DNA of 64,000 nt from positions 39,834 to 103,833 of the forward strand of contig JAQTMG010000003.1 of the NCBI GenBank assembly GCA_028714455.1, given 5' to 3'. Both the position numbers and the translations under genes were made by a program. The stretch comes from Patescibacteria group bacterium (GTDB taxonomy: Bacteria; Patescibacteriota; Patescibacteriia; CAIXNZ01). Below, one piece after another: positions 16,039-25,560 of the stretch. The notes under the pieces were generated by a model. That model was not told the DNA's origin. It was given only the letters and a program-made list of their open reading frames with translations, and searched no databases. How positions within the stretch are numbered: the stretch's first letter is position 1; every line of letters starts with the position of its first letter.

Positions 16039-16848
16039 TTAAAATTTCACCGGAATACTCACCATATTTTCTTCAACGCCAGATGCGCTTAAATCGTAAA
16101 TCTCAACAAAACCTTCTTTGGTCGTAGAAAACTCATAATTTATTTTACGAAAAAAACTTCCATAACCATCAGTTCCCAGCTCGGAAAGCGACGCTTGTTC
16201 AGAAATCAAAACTTTGTTACTGGTATTTTTAACGCGGATAAAAACTTTATCGCTGGAAATTTTAGCCGTGCCTGAAACGGTAAAGGGCGAACTTAATTGC
16301 TCATCTGCTTTTGGCGAATTAACGATAATGGCGCCGGAATTTTCAGGCACGCTGGTCGTATTTTTGCTGCATTTTATCAATTGTAAAAGTTGACTATCGC
16401 AGCTGTTATACCAGCCTTCTTTGGTAGTGCCGATGTATTTACAGACTTTGAGGCATTGGCCCTGCTTACATTCTTTTCTAAACAAGGCCCACTCATCGCA
16501 AATACTTTTATCGGAAAAAACGCAGATGCCAAATTGACCGCTATCGTTGGTGTACATTTCAATTTTAGCACCGGCCACCACGCATTCGTCAGAAGCCGGA
16601 TTGGCTATCTGTAAATTTAAATTTGTATTTAATTTTGGCGCCACGGTCGGAGTCGTGTCATTAAGATGGCCGCACCAAGCCGGCGTATAATTCTTGCCCT
16701 GAATACTATTAATCTCATTACAAATTGGCGAAAAAATATCTTTAATAATTTTATAATTCAAAAAATTAACAAAAAAATAAGTCCCCAGGAAAAGGATAAA
16801 TACAATGTTTAAAATGATAGAGAATTTGTTGATGGATCTTTTGTGCAT
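16039..16848 (-). CDS. Hypothetical Cys-rich secreted/membrane-anchored protein
   Basis: N-terminal TM anchor, 13 Cys in the mature part and a C-terminal beta-rich domain. Confidence 0.45.
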   Translation of the reverse strand: MHKRSINKFSIILNIVFILFLGTYFFVNFLNYKIIKDIFSPICNEINSIQGKNYTPAWCGHLNDTTPTVAPKLNTNLNLQIANPASDECVVAGAKIEMYTNDSGQFGICVFSDKSICDEWALFRKECKQGQCLKVCKYIGTTKEGWYNSCDSQLLQLIKCSKNTTSVPENSGAIIVNSPKADEQLSSPFTVSGTAKISSDKVFIRVKNTSNKVLISEQASLSELGTDGYGSFFRKINYEFSTTKEGFVEIYDLSASGVEENMVSIPVKF

Positions 16849-16891
16849 AAAAAATAGTTAATTACTTAATAAGTATACCATTTTTCAAAAG

Positions 16892-16924
16892 AAAAACCCA
16901 CCGCTATTCACGGTGGGTTTTAAA
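16892..16924. terminator. Rho-independent terminator
   Basis: AACCCACCG-CTATTCA-CGGTGGGTT hairpin flanked by A/T runs. Confidence 0.6.
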
Positions 16925-16925
16925 A

Positions 16926-17366
16926 TCAACGCCGGAACGAAAGAGAAATACGCGACCAAATTCCTGTGTGATATTTAAAGGGCGTATTGAAAAAGAACAG
17001 CTCCCCCTCTCCTTGATTGGAAGATGAATCGTAACTGCCGAGATAAAAGATATATGAATACGGGCCCAGGGCTACTTTTGTTCCCTCAAAAATATCACCC
17101 AAGATATAGAGAACAACGAGATCATGATTTACGATACTTCTGTCTTCGGCTCTGGAAATGTGCATCATGGAGTTCGAGATACAATGAATCTCGGCAATGG
17201 CAGAAATAACTTTGCCTGATTTAAATTTTAAGGAAAACGATTGAGCTACCCGATGGGCAAAGGCAGAATACAAATTGTTATGATCCGGACCGCTGGTAAT
17301 TTGTACCTTGCACAATCGAAAGCCATTGACCTCCCTTTGGTGGTTTACCAGATCTTTTCGTTTCAT
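16926..17366 (-). CDS. Hypothetical protein (moderately GC-rich, C-terminal aromatic-rich end)
   Basis: AGGAGG RBS before ATG 17366 (MKRKDLVNHQ..). The ORF track's longer form to 17444 lacks an RBS. Confidence 0.4.
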   Translation of the reverse strand: MKRKDLVNHQREVNGFRLCKVQITSGPDHNNLYSAFAHRVAQSFSLKFKSGKVISAIAEIHCISNSMMHISRAEDRSIVNHDLVVLYILGDIFEGTKVALGPYSYIFYLGSYDSSSNQGEGELFFFNTPFKYHTGIWSRISLSFRR

Positions 17367-17506
17367 GTCTTCCTCCTTGCGCCAAACACGGGCTTTTGCG
17401 CGTGTTTGGGGCGTCTTGAAATGAACATTTACTTTGTCTGTCAAAGTAATCCGCCACCTTGGTCGGATAGTTCAAGTTAACAAAAAAATGGTGTTTTTGT
17501 CAATAG

Positions 17507-17590
17507 GGGCGAAAACGCTTTAACGAAAGTAGAGACGCGGTGCACCGCGTCTCTACAATATAAAATAATTTTTTATAAGCGTTTTCGCCC
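17507..17590. repeat. Structured palindromic repeat, copy 2
   Basis: GGGGCGAAAACGC..GCGTTTTCGCCC outer IR around core GTAGAGACGCGGTGCACCGCGTCTCTAC (17529-17556). Confidence 0.85.
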
Positions 17591-17604
17591 AGCCTCAACA
17601 AATT

Positions 17605-18651
17605 CTAATATATCTTATCCAGCAAAGTTAAAATAATACCAAACACGGCCGTGACCATGCCAATGAGCCAGAACCTCATAACCACTTTGCATTCTGGCCA
17701 GCCAATTGCCTCCAGGTGATGATGAATCGGCGCTGACAAAAAAACTTTTCTCTTAAAAATTTTCTTGGAGCACATCTGAATAATAACGGAAAGTGATTCA
17801 ATGACAAAAGGCAAGCAAATTATAGGCAAGATAAGCGCTGAATTTGTGAGCATGGCAATCACGCCCAGAGTCACGCCCAGCCCCATCGAACCAGTGTCTC
17901 CCATAAAAAAACGAGCTGGCGGAATATTGAACCATAAAAAAGCCAAAAGCGCGCCGACAACCACGCCGCAAAAAGTCGCCAAATCAAATCTGCCTTGAAC
18001 AAAAGCAATCACGCCAAAAGTCGCGAAAGCCGCGGCCAGTAAGCCGCCGGCCAGACCATCCAGGCCGTCAGTCTCGTTGACGGAAAAGGACGTGGCTACG
18101 ATGACAATCATAAAAATTGGGATGTACCACCAGCCGACTTGAAAATCGCCGATAAAAGGTATTCTCATCAGGTCCCAATCAAGTTTGAAAAAAAACCAGA
18201 AAGCGCCGATTAGGGCAATCGCCGAATAAATCAAAAGTTTGTATCTCAATTGCAGTCCGCCGCCTTTTGGTCCCACCCCCCTGACATTTAAAATGTCGTC
18301 AAAAAGTCCCACCAGTGCTGAAGCAACCAAAGCTCCAAGCGGCAAAAATGTCTGCGAGCGAGTCAAAAAATTAAATTTATCAAAAATCGGAATATCCGTG
18401 AATCTCGCCAGATAAAAAGCGCCCAATGATAGTACCAGGACCGTCGCCCAGACCAAAATTCCTCCCATGGTCGGCGTACCGGCCTTGTGCGCGTGCAGGT
18501 TGGACATAATGGGCGCACTCTCGCCGTCACGAATATTTTTCCCCAATTTGTATTTGTACAAAAAATTAGTCAAAAGCGGAGTCCAGACCATGGCCAGCAC
18601 AAACGAAAGAGTCGTGAAGAGAAAAATTTTGATGATGACTAGCGTGTCCAT
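17605..18651 (-). CDS. mraY: Phospho-N-acetylmuramoyl-pentapeptide transferase MraY
   Basis: 348 aa, polytopic, with MraY conserved blocks (KAGTPTMGG, NETDGLDGLA, GDTGSMGLG). Confidence 0.9.
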   Translation of the reverse strand: MDTLVIIKIFLFTTLSFVLAMVWTPLLTNFLYKYKLGKNIRDGESAPIMSNLHAHKAGTPTMGGILVWATVLVLSLGAFYLARFTDIPIFDKFNFLTRSQTFLPLGALVASALVGLFDDILNVRGVGPKGGGLQLRYKLLIYSAIALIGAFWFFFKLDWDLMRIPFIGDFQVGWWYIPIFMIVIVATSFSVNETDGLDGLAGGLLAAAFATFGVIAFVQGRFDLATFCGVVVGALLAFLWFNIPPARFFMGDTGSMGLGVTLGVIAMLTNSALILPIICLPFVIESLSVIIQMCSKKIFKRKVFLSAPIHHHLEAIGWPECKVVMRFWLIGMVTAVFGIILTLLDKIY

Positions 18652-18660
18652 AAAATAAAT

Positions 18661-19047
18661 TTAAATGTTTAAGAGGATGACAAATATCGCAGCCGCGAAT
18701 AAAATTATTTGCAAAAGAGTTTGGGAAATAACCAGGGCATAGCTAATGACTTTTTCCTGAATGTAAAAAAAATATCCCAAAAAACTATTAAAAGCAATTA
18801 TAAAAAGACCCAGCAGCGGAATTACGAACGCCTCATACCAATAGCCGATATTATCAATGCCAAAATAAAGATTGTAGTGTAAATAAATTTGTCCCGAATC
18901 AGTGGTATAAGAAAGAGAATGAAGCTTAAAATATAGAATCGCCCACATCAAAAAATTCAAGGCGAGACTGACTATAAAATTTATCTTAACAATCCTATCT
19001 TCTCTATAAGGATGCTCAAAGAATTTTGAAATATTGTAACCAAGCAT
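18661..19047 (-). CDS. Hypothetical membrane protein
   Basis: Four predicted TM helices. Start taken at MLGYNISKFF to avoid overlap with iscS. Confidence 0.35.
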   Translation of the reverse strand: MLGYNISKFFEHPYREDRIVKINFIVSLALNFLMWAILYFKLHSLSYTTDSGQIYLHYNLYFGIDNIGYWYEAFVIPLLGLFIIAFNSFLGYFFYIQEKVISYALVISQTLLQIILFAAAIFVILLNI

Positions 19048-19051
19048 ATTT

Positions 19052-20281
19052 TTATTTAATCGGCGACATCTTGCGCAAACGGGAAATAATGACGGGCAAA
19101 ACCTCAATTACTTTATCGATTTCTTTTTTGGTCGTAAACTTGCCCAAAGAGAAACGCAGCGAAGCATGGCAAACTTCCGGCGACAAACCCAGCGCCAATA
19201 GAACATGCGAGGGCGCCAGGGAGCCAGAGGCACAGGCAGAGCCCGTGGAAGCCGCGATGCCTTCCAGATCCAGCATCAGCAGCATACTCTCGCCTTCTGC
19301 GTTTTTAAAACTCAAATTAGCGTTGGCCGGCACCCTTTTCGCCATGTCGCCGTTAACGATAGTCTCGGGAATTTTTTTAAGCAAATTTTCAACCAAATAA
19401 TCTCTTAGCTCGCCGATTTGTTTATTAATCTTTTCATTTTCTTTTTTATCGTTGATCATTTCTACGGCTGCGCCCAAACCAACAATCTGCGCCACATTAT
19501 AAGTGCCTGGTCTAATATTATATTCTTGATGGCCGCCAAAAGTAACCGCGCGTAGTGGCGTTCCTTCTTTTATGTAAATCGCCCCAACGCCCTTGGGCCC
19601 ATAAATTTTATGGCCTGAAATTGTAATTAAATCAACGTTTAAATTCTGCACCTTCATATCGCAATAGTGGGCGGCTTGCACGGCATCGGTGTGAAAATAA
19701 ACCTTATCAAAATTTCCAAATTTAGAATTTTTCTTGGCGCGTTCCTCATTTATCTTTTTGATGGCTACTCCGATTTCTTTAATGGGCTGAATCGTGCCGA
19801 TCTCATTATTCACGTACATTATGGAAACCAAAATTGTATTCTCTTTAATAGCTTTAACAACCTCATCAACCTCAACTAACCCCATTTTATCAACCCCAAT
19901 AACAGTCAGTTCTGCTAATCCTTCTTTTTCTAATTCTCTGCACGGTTCCAAAACAGCCGGATGTTCAATGGCCGAAGTTATAATGTGAAATTTTTTGTTC
20001 CAGTTTTCTTTTTTGGCGTAACGAAAAGCCATCAAAAGACCGCGCAAAATCAGATTATTACTTTCTGTGGCGCCAGAAGAAAAAATAACCTCTTTAAATT
20101 TACAGCCAAAGAGTTTGGCGACTTCTTCACGCGCCCAGTCAACGCCCTTCATGGCCTCCTGACCGAAACTATGCTGCGATGAAGCGTTGCCAAAAACATC
20201 TTTATAATACGGCAACATCTTTTTCAACACGATTGGGTCAACCGGTGTTGTGGCGTTATGATCTAAATATATTTTTTGCAT
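19052..20281 (-). CDS. iscS: Cysteine desulfurase (IscS/NifS family)
   Basis: PLP-lysine motif SGHKIYGPKGVGAIY, catalytic Cys region SSGSACASG, 409 aa. Confidence 0.85.
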   Translation of the reverse strand: MQKIYLDHNATTPVDPIVLKKMLPYYKDVFGNASSQHSFGQEAMKGVDWAREEVAKLFGCKFKEVIFSSGATESNNLILRGLLMAFRYAKKENWNKKFHIITSAIEHPAVLEPCRELEKEGLAELTVIGVDKMGLVEVDEVVKAIKENTILVSIMYVNNEIGTIQPIKEIGVAIKKINEERAKKNSKFGNFDKVYFHTDAVQAAHYCDMKVQNLNVDLITISGHKIYGPKGVGAIYIKEGTPLRAVTFGGHQEYNIRPGTYNVAQIVGLGAAVEMINDKKENEKINKQIGELRDYLVENLLKKIPETIVNGDMAKRVPANANLSFKNAEGESMLLMLDLEGIAASTGSACASGSLAPSHVLLALGLSPEVCHASLRFSLGKFTTKKEIDKVIEVLPVIISRLRKMSPIK

Positions 20282-20325
20282 AATATTACGGCTTAGAGCT
20301 CAAAGCCCAGAGCTTTTATAAAAAA

Positions 20326-20556
20326 TTAAACAGCGACAACTTCTTTAATTCCTTTAATTTTTTTCTTCAATTCCGCTTCAATGCCTGCCTTTAAGGTTAA
20401 TTGAGACATCGGACAATGAGCGCAGGCGCCAACTAATTTAACTTTAACAACTCCAGTTTTTTCATCCATATCAACAAGCTGCACATCGCCGCCATCAACC
20501 TGCAAAGATGGCCTTAATTTTTCGATTATTTTTTCTACTTCTTTTTTCATAATCAA
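20326..20556 (-). CDS. Nfu/NifU C-terminal-domain Fe-S carrier
   Basis: 76 aa with a CxxC motif (GACAHCPMS). Confidence 0.7.
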   Translation of the reverse strand: MIMKKEVEKIIEKLRPSLQVDGGDVQLVDMDEKTGVVKVKLVGACAHCPMSQLTLKAGIEAELKKKIKGIKEVVAV

Positions 20557-20593
20557 ATTTTAATTCTAAATTCTCTATTCTCTGTTCTAAATT

Positions 20594-21022
20594 CTAACAA
20601 TGTTCTCCCTCCACTTCTTTTTCTTCCTCTGTCTTTTCGATTGTTTCACCGCGATATTGAGCAATAGCTTTTTTTAAACCCTCGGTAGCCAAAATTGAAC
20701 AATGGATCTTCTCTTTGGGAAGTCCGCCTAATTTTTCGGCAATCTGTTCGCGCGTGATTTTTAAAGCGTCTTTCAGCTTTATGCCTTTGACCATTTCGGT
20801 CAGCATAGAAGTTGAGGCAATGGCCGCGGCGCAACCGAGTGTCTGGAACTTAACATCTTTAATATAATCATCGCCGTCTTTGTCTTTTTCTACCTTTATG
20901 TAGATTTTCATCATATCACCGCAAACGGGATTGCCGACTTCGCCCACCCCGCTCGCATCTTGCATTTCACCCTGATTTTTAGGATGTTTAAAATGCGCCA
21001 TTAAAATATCAGAATAATTCAT
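20594..21022 (-). CDS. iscU: Fe-S cluster scaffold IscU/NifU-like
   Basis: Conserved Cys ligands in GNPVCGD, GCAAAIAS and HCS. Confidence 0.85.
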   Translation of the reverse strand: MNYSDILMAHFKHPKNQGEMQDASGVGEVGNPVCGDMMKIYIKVEKDKDGDDYIKDVKFQTLGCAAAIASTSMLTEMVKGIKLKDALKITREQIAEKLGGLPKEKIHCSILATEGLKKAIAQYRGETIEKTEEEKEVEGEHC

Positions 21023-21105
21023 AATTTAGTAATTGGTTATTAGTTATTGGTTAATTGATTATTATTATAGTAAATTTAAAGAAATATTTCAAATGCTCAA
21101 TTCTA

Positions 21106-21134
21106 TTGACATAGCCCAAAATCTTTGCTAATAT
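21106..21134 (+). promoter_or_regulatory. Sigma70-like promoter upstream of rpmA
   Basis: TTGACA (21106-21111), a 17-nt spacer, then TAATAT (21129-21134). Confidence 0.4.
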
Positions 21135-21192
21135 ACCCTATATCCTAATTTTGATTTCAGAATTCGTAATTCATAATTCATAATTCGAGTTT

Positions 21193-21477
21193 ATGTCACA
21201 TAAAAAAGCAGGTGGCTCCACAGCGTTAGGACGCGATTCACAAGCCAAACGCTTAGGCGTGAAATGTTATGACGGCGAGGTTGTTCGAGCTGGTAATATT
21301 TTAGTGCGCCAGCGCGGTTTTGAGGTCCGACCTGGCCAAAATGTTCAAAGCGGCAAAGACCATACTCTGTTTTCAGTCGTTAATGGCATTGTCAAATTCT
21401 CGCAAAAGAAAATCAAAAAATTCAACGGCGACCTCATTAAAACAAAGTTTGTGCAGGTTTTACCGGAAAAAAAATAA
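21193..21477 (+). CDS. rpmA: 50S ribosomal protein L27
   Basis: [24 protein letters not shown].., typical L27. Confidence 0.9.
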   Translation: MSHKKAGGSTALGRDSQAKRLGVKCYDGEVVRAGNILVRQRGFEVRPGQNVQSGKDHTLFSVVNGIVKFSQKKIKKFNGDLIKTKFVQVLPEKK

Positions 21478-21537
21478 AACCACTACTACAAAAACAAAAA
21501 AACTCCGCTTGCTTAGGCGGATTTTTTGTTTGTCTTT

Positions 21538-22224
21538 TTATTTAATGGCAAAAATAAAACCCAAATTATCGGCGAATTTTGATTTTGTAGTTTTAATCTT
21601 AAAATTATTCTGTTTTAAAATATTTTCCAGTTCTTCATGCTTAAAATTTAAAAAATCATGATATTCCAAAATAACCGAATTAATTTTGTCCCAATCGGCT
21701 TGTTTCAAACTATTTAAAACTTCAAATTCAGCGCCCTCGATATCCATTTTTAATAAATCAATTTGATTAACATTATACTTATCACAAATATCGCCAAGAG
21801 TTAAACCTTGAACCTTAACTTTGCGCGCGATTTTTTTGACTAAGTTTTTGTTCAAGCTATGGTCGTGAAAATCTTTGGACACAAAAAAATCGCGTACGCT
21901 GTGCGTGCCAGCCAGCGCTGACGAGACAACATCAACATCCTTAATATTATTTTGCGAAAAATTATTTTCCAGCGCCGCCAAATTTTCCTCATCCGGTTCA
22001 ATCGCAATAATTTTAACTTCTGGGTTTAAAGCTCGCGCGTAAAGACAAAAAAAGCCGGCTTGGCTACCGGCATCAATAATATAATTTTTCGCGCTTCTAA
22101 TTTTTTCTTCAGCAGCTTTGTATTCTCCCAATTTAAAAATTTCTTTAAAAACACTTTTGTCAGCCTGGCTGCGCAAAGTTAAAATTAATTCCCTGCCGCT
22201 TAAAACAATTCTCTCCTCTTTCAT
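21538..22224 (-). CDS. FkbM-family SAM-dependent methyltransferase
   Basis: SAM-binding motif IIDAGSQAGFF and FkbM-like length. Confidence 0.6.
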   Translation of the reverse strand: MKEERIVLSGRELILTLRSQADKSVFKEIFKLGEYKAAEEKIRSAKNYIIDAGSQAGFFCLYARALNPEVKIIAIEPDEENLAALENNFSQNNIKDVDVVSSALAGTHSVRDFFVSKDFHDHSLNKNLVKKIARKVKVQGLTLGDICDKYNVNQIDLLKMDIEGAEFEVLNSLKQADWDKINSVILEYHDFLNFKHEELENILKQNNFKIKTTKSKFADNLGFIFAIK

Positions 22225-22246
22225 AACTTCAAAAAATTTATATTGT

Positions 22247-22930
22247 TTATTCTTCCGAAATTTTGTCAGCCATCTTTTTTATAAAATCTTCAATTACTTC
22301 TGAATCTACTTTTTCGCCAGTTCGCCAAACGCCTTGCTCTAGCAAAAACTCTTTTATCAAGGGATTCGCTTTAATATCCTTAGCGAATTTTACTCCAAAT
22401 TTTTTTGATGTGACATCGCCCTTTTCTATAAATTTTTCCATGATCTCGTTGCTCTGCGATATTACTTCACGGACATATTGATAATAGTCAATAAAATTCT
22501 TAAACTTTGTTAACTTGCCAGCATCTTTAAATTTCTTGAATTTTTCTTCCAAATATTTGAGGATCTTGGGGTCATATTTTTCAAGTCTTTTTAGGCCTCT
22601 TTGCCAAGCAGAATTTTCTTCAGCCAATCGGTCGTTATCATTTTCTACTTCTTTCTCTCTTAGATGACCCAGTTCATGGATAATCACGACAAAACTTAAT
22701 AACACATCACCTCCCGCTGGATATCCTATCTTAAACTCTTTTTTATCATAATCGGTTCTACCATAACCCTGCAATTCAATGGGTATTTCAACTCCTTCTT
22801 CGGCTAAACCCGCAAAAACTTGTTCATTTCTTTTTCTCAATTCCGAATTTTCATCTAAGGCAACTATATTCTCTGGCTTTGGGAAATATTTTTTCTTTTG
22901 CTCTTTTTTTTCACCAAATCGTTCAGCCAT
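22247..22930 (-). CDS. Hypothetical protein with HExxH zinc-peptidase-like motif
   Basis: VVIIHELGHL motif; otherwise unrecognised. Confidence 0.35.
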   Translation of the reverse strand: MAERFGEKKEQKKKYFPKPENIVALDENSELRKRNEQVFAGLAEEGVEIPIELQGYGRTDYDKKEFKIGYPAGGDVLLSFVVIIHELGHLREKEVENDNDRLAEENSAWQRGLKRLEKYDPKILKYLEEKFKKFKDAGKLTKFKNFIDYYQYVREVISQSNEIMEKFIEKGDVTSKKFGVKFAKDIKANPLIKEFLLEQGVWRTGEKVDSEVIEDFIKKMADKISEE

Positions 22931-22969
22931 AATTTATTTTTAAAATTTTTAAATAATAAATTATTAAAA

Positions 22970-24589
22970 TTAGCTAATCGCCGCTTTAATAAATTCCCGA
23001 AAAAGCGGATGTGGTTTTAGCGGCCTGGATTTGAATTCCGGATGGAATTGCGAGCCCACAAAAAATTTGTGACCGACAACCTCAATTATTTCCACCAATT
23101 TGTTATCTGGCGAAGTCCCGGCGATTCTTAAACCCTTTTCGGTTAAAATTTTTCTGTATTCATTATTAAATTCGTAACGGTGTCTGTGGCGCTCGCTGAT
23201 TCTTTTCTGTCCGTAAGCTTTTAAACTAATGGAATCTTTGGCCAAAACGCAAGGATAAGCGCCCAAACGCATAGTGCCACCCATCTTCTTTTCTTCAATT
23301 TTTTTGGCCTGGTCGGCCATAATATGAATTACCGGAAAGGGTGTGCTTTTATTGATTTCCGTGGTGTTGGCATTTTTTAATTTGGCGACGTTGCGGGCAA
23401 ATTCAATTGTGGCCAGTTGCATGCCGTAACAAAGACCCAGATACGGAATATTATTCTCTCGGCAATATTGAATAGCTAAAATCTTGCCTTCAACTCCCCT
23501 ACTGCCAAAACCGCCGGGCACGATAATGCCATCATATTTTTTTAATTCAGCCAGTTTGTCTTCGTCTTTTTCAAATTCTTCGGAATTAATCCAGCAAAGT
23601 ACTGGCCTTTTTTTATAAAACCAGGCAGCGTGCTTGATCGCCTCGATAACCGAGATGTAAGAATCAGCCAGCGTAAAATTACCAGTTGAAAAATACTTAC
23701 CCACGATGCCGATGTGAACTTCGTTCTTGGCTGTTTTGGCGATGCGAACCAACTTCTTCCAATCAGTCAGGTCTTTTTTTCTGCCCTTGAGTTTAAATTT
23801 CTCAAGAATTTTTTCCGCGAATTTTTCTTTTTCAAAATTCAAGGGAACCTCATAAATCACTTCGACGTCCGGCGCCGAGATTGCGTTACCCTTGGCGATG
23901 TTGCAAAAAGTCGCCAGTTTTTCTTTTCTGACTTCATCAAGCGGCACTTCAGCTCGGCATAAAATAAAGTCTGGAAAAATTCCAGCCGAGTTTAATGTGC
24001 GAACCGCCGTCTGGGTAGGCTTGGTCTTCATTTCGCCGATCTTGGAAGGAATCGGCAAATAGCTGACCATGACAAAAACCACGTCAGCGGGAAATTCCGT
24101 CCTTAACATTCTGGCGGCTTCTAAAAACAAAATATTCTGATATTCACCGACTGTACCGCCGATTTCAATTATCGTGAAATCTGCCTTGGCTTTTTTGGCC
24201 GCGGTTTTTATGCGGTTAATAACTTCTTCGGGAACATGAGGCACCACCTCGACACATTTGCCGCCATATTCCAAATTCCTCTCTCTCTGGATGACGCTTA
24301 AATAGACGCGACCGGTGGTCATGTAATTCGTTGAGAGAATATCTTGATCAAGAAATCTTTCGTAATTGCCGATATCCTGATCTGTCTCGTCGCCATCGTC
24401 GGTCACAAAAACTTCGCCATGTTCGGTCGGGTTCATGGTGCCGGCATCAACGTTAATGTATGGGTCAATCTTAATAGCCGTTACTTTATAACCCTTGGTT
24501 TGTAGAATCTTGCCGATCGAGGCGCAAGCGACTCCTTTACCCACGCCAGACATCACGCCGCCGGCCACAAATATATATTTATGTGTCAT
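22970..24589 (-). CDS. pyrG: CTP synthase
   Basis: N-terminal synthetase domain (FVAGGVMSGVGKG) and C-terminal class I glutamine amidotransferase, 539 aa. Confidence 0.9.
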   Translation of the reverse strand: MTHKYIFVAGGVMSGVGKGVACASIGKILQTKGYKVTAIKIDPYINVDAGTMNPTEHGEVFVTDDGDETDQDIGNYERFLDQDILSTNYMTTGRVYLSVIQRERNLEYGGKCVEVVPHVPEEVINRIKTAAKKAKADFTIIEIGGTVGEYQNILFLEAARMLRTEFPADVVFVMVSYLPIPSKIGEMKTKPTQTAVRTLNSAGIFPDFILCRAEVPLDEVRKEKLATFCNIAKGNAISAPDVEVIYEVPLNFEKEKFAEKILEKFKLKGRKKDLTDWKKLVRIAKTAKNEVHIGIVGKYFSTGNFTLADSYISVIEAIKHAAWFYKKRPVLCWINSEEFEKDEDKLAELKKYDGIIVPGGFGSRGVEGKILAIQYCRENNIPYLGLCYGMQLATIEFARNVAKLKNANTTEINKSTPFPVIHIMADQAKKIEEKKMGGTMRLGAYPCVLAKDSISLKAYGQKRISERHRHRYEFNNEYRKILTEKGLRIAGTSPDNKLVEIIEVVGHKFFVGSQFHPEFKSRPLKPHPLFREFIKAAIS

Positions 24590-24662
24590 ATTGATTGAAT
24601 AAGAAATACGAAATAAAAAATACGATTTGTTTATTTCCTATTTCCGATTTCCTATTTCTTAA

Positions 24663-25109
24663 TTATTCCTCTCTAGCGACAGTTAGTCCCAGCTTGGCAC
24701 TGACGCCGCCGCCAAAGTCCAGGGCGACTTCATGGTAACCCAAACTCTTGATCGGCTCTTCAAGCTTTATATATTTAGGCTCAATTTCAAAATTTCTCTC
24801 TTTCAGCTCTTGTGCGATCTTTGACGCGCTCACAGAACCAAAAAGCTTTTTCTTGTCATCGGCCTTGGCTTTTATAATCAACTTGAAATTATTTAATTTT
24901 CTGGCCATCTCTTTAAATTTCAAAGATTGCTTCTGCGCGGCTTTTTCTCTCTGTATTCTGTCGTTTTCCAATTCTTTCACTGTCTTTTTAGTAGCCAGTT
25001 TGGCCAGATTATTGGGCAACAAAAAATTGCGCGCGTAACCTTCCTTAACTTCTTTGGTCTCCCCCATTTTGCCCAGGCCATTGACATTTTTTATTAATAT
25101 AACTTTCAT
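24663..25109 (-). CDS. rplI: 50S ribosomal protein L9
   Basis: MKVILIKNVNGLGKMGETKEVKEGYARNFLLP; start moved to this Met. Confidence 0.8.
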   Translation of the reverse strand: MKVILIKNVNGLGKMGETKEVKEGYARNFLLPNNLAKLATKKTVKELENDRIQREKAAQKQSLKFKEMARKLNNFKLIIKAKADDKKKLFGSVSASKIAQELKERNFEIEPKYIKLEEPIKSLGYHEVALDFGGGVSAKLGLTVAREE

Positions 25110-25129
25110 ATGTATTGATTTTAATACAA

Positions 25130-25513
25130 CTACTCTTTTTTGCCAAATAATCTGCCCCAAAAGCCGCCATTTTCTTCTTCAGCCTCCGCAGCTTTGGCAG
25201 AGGAAGCTTCTTTGTCCTCACCTAAAATTTGAGTATAAATTCTTTGAGCCTCTTGTCTGATAACGTCAGAATCATAATCGCCGCTGTGAGCCGTATAGCC
25301 TTCATAAGAAGCCTTTTTCTGGTCAAGGTGCAAATTCAAAACCAACGGATTCTCCGAATTTACGTACAAATGGAATCTCGGATAAAAATCATTGCGTAGC
25401 CTTCTCACGTAACTAACCTGGCCGGTTTTGCCATCTCTAATCTGCCCATAACCGCAACGTCGGACGAGCAGGTCAGCCGAGACAGAAAGCTTTTGGTTAA
25501 AATCTATTTTCAT
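25130..25513 (-). CDS. Hypothetical protein
   Basis: 127-aa ORF between ctpA-like and rplI with coding-like composition. Confidence 0.35.
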   Translation of the reverse strand: MKIDFNQKLSVSADLLVRRCGYGQIRDGKTGQVSYVRRLRNDFYPRFHLYVNSENPLVLNLHLDQKKASYEGYTAHSGDYDSDVIRQEAQRIYTQILGEDKEASSAKAAEAEEENGGFWGRLFGKKE

Positions 25514-25560
25514 AAAATAGCAAATCGTAAACTCTCGGCTTTTTACCGAGAGTTTTTGTT

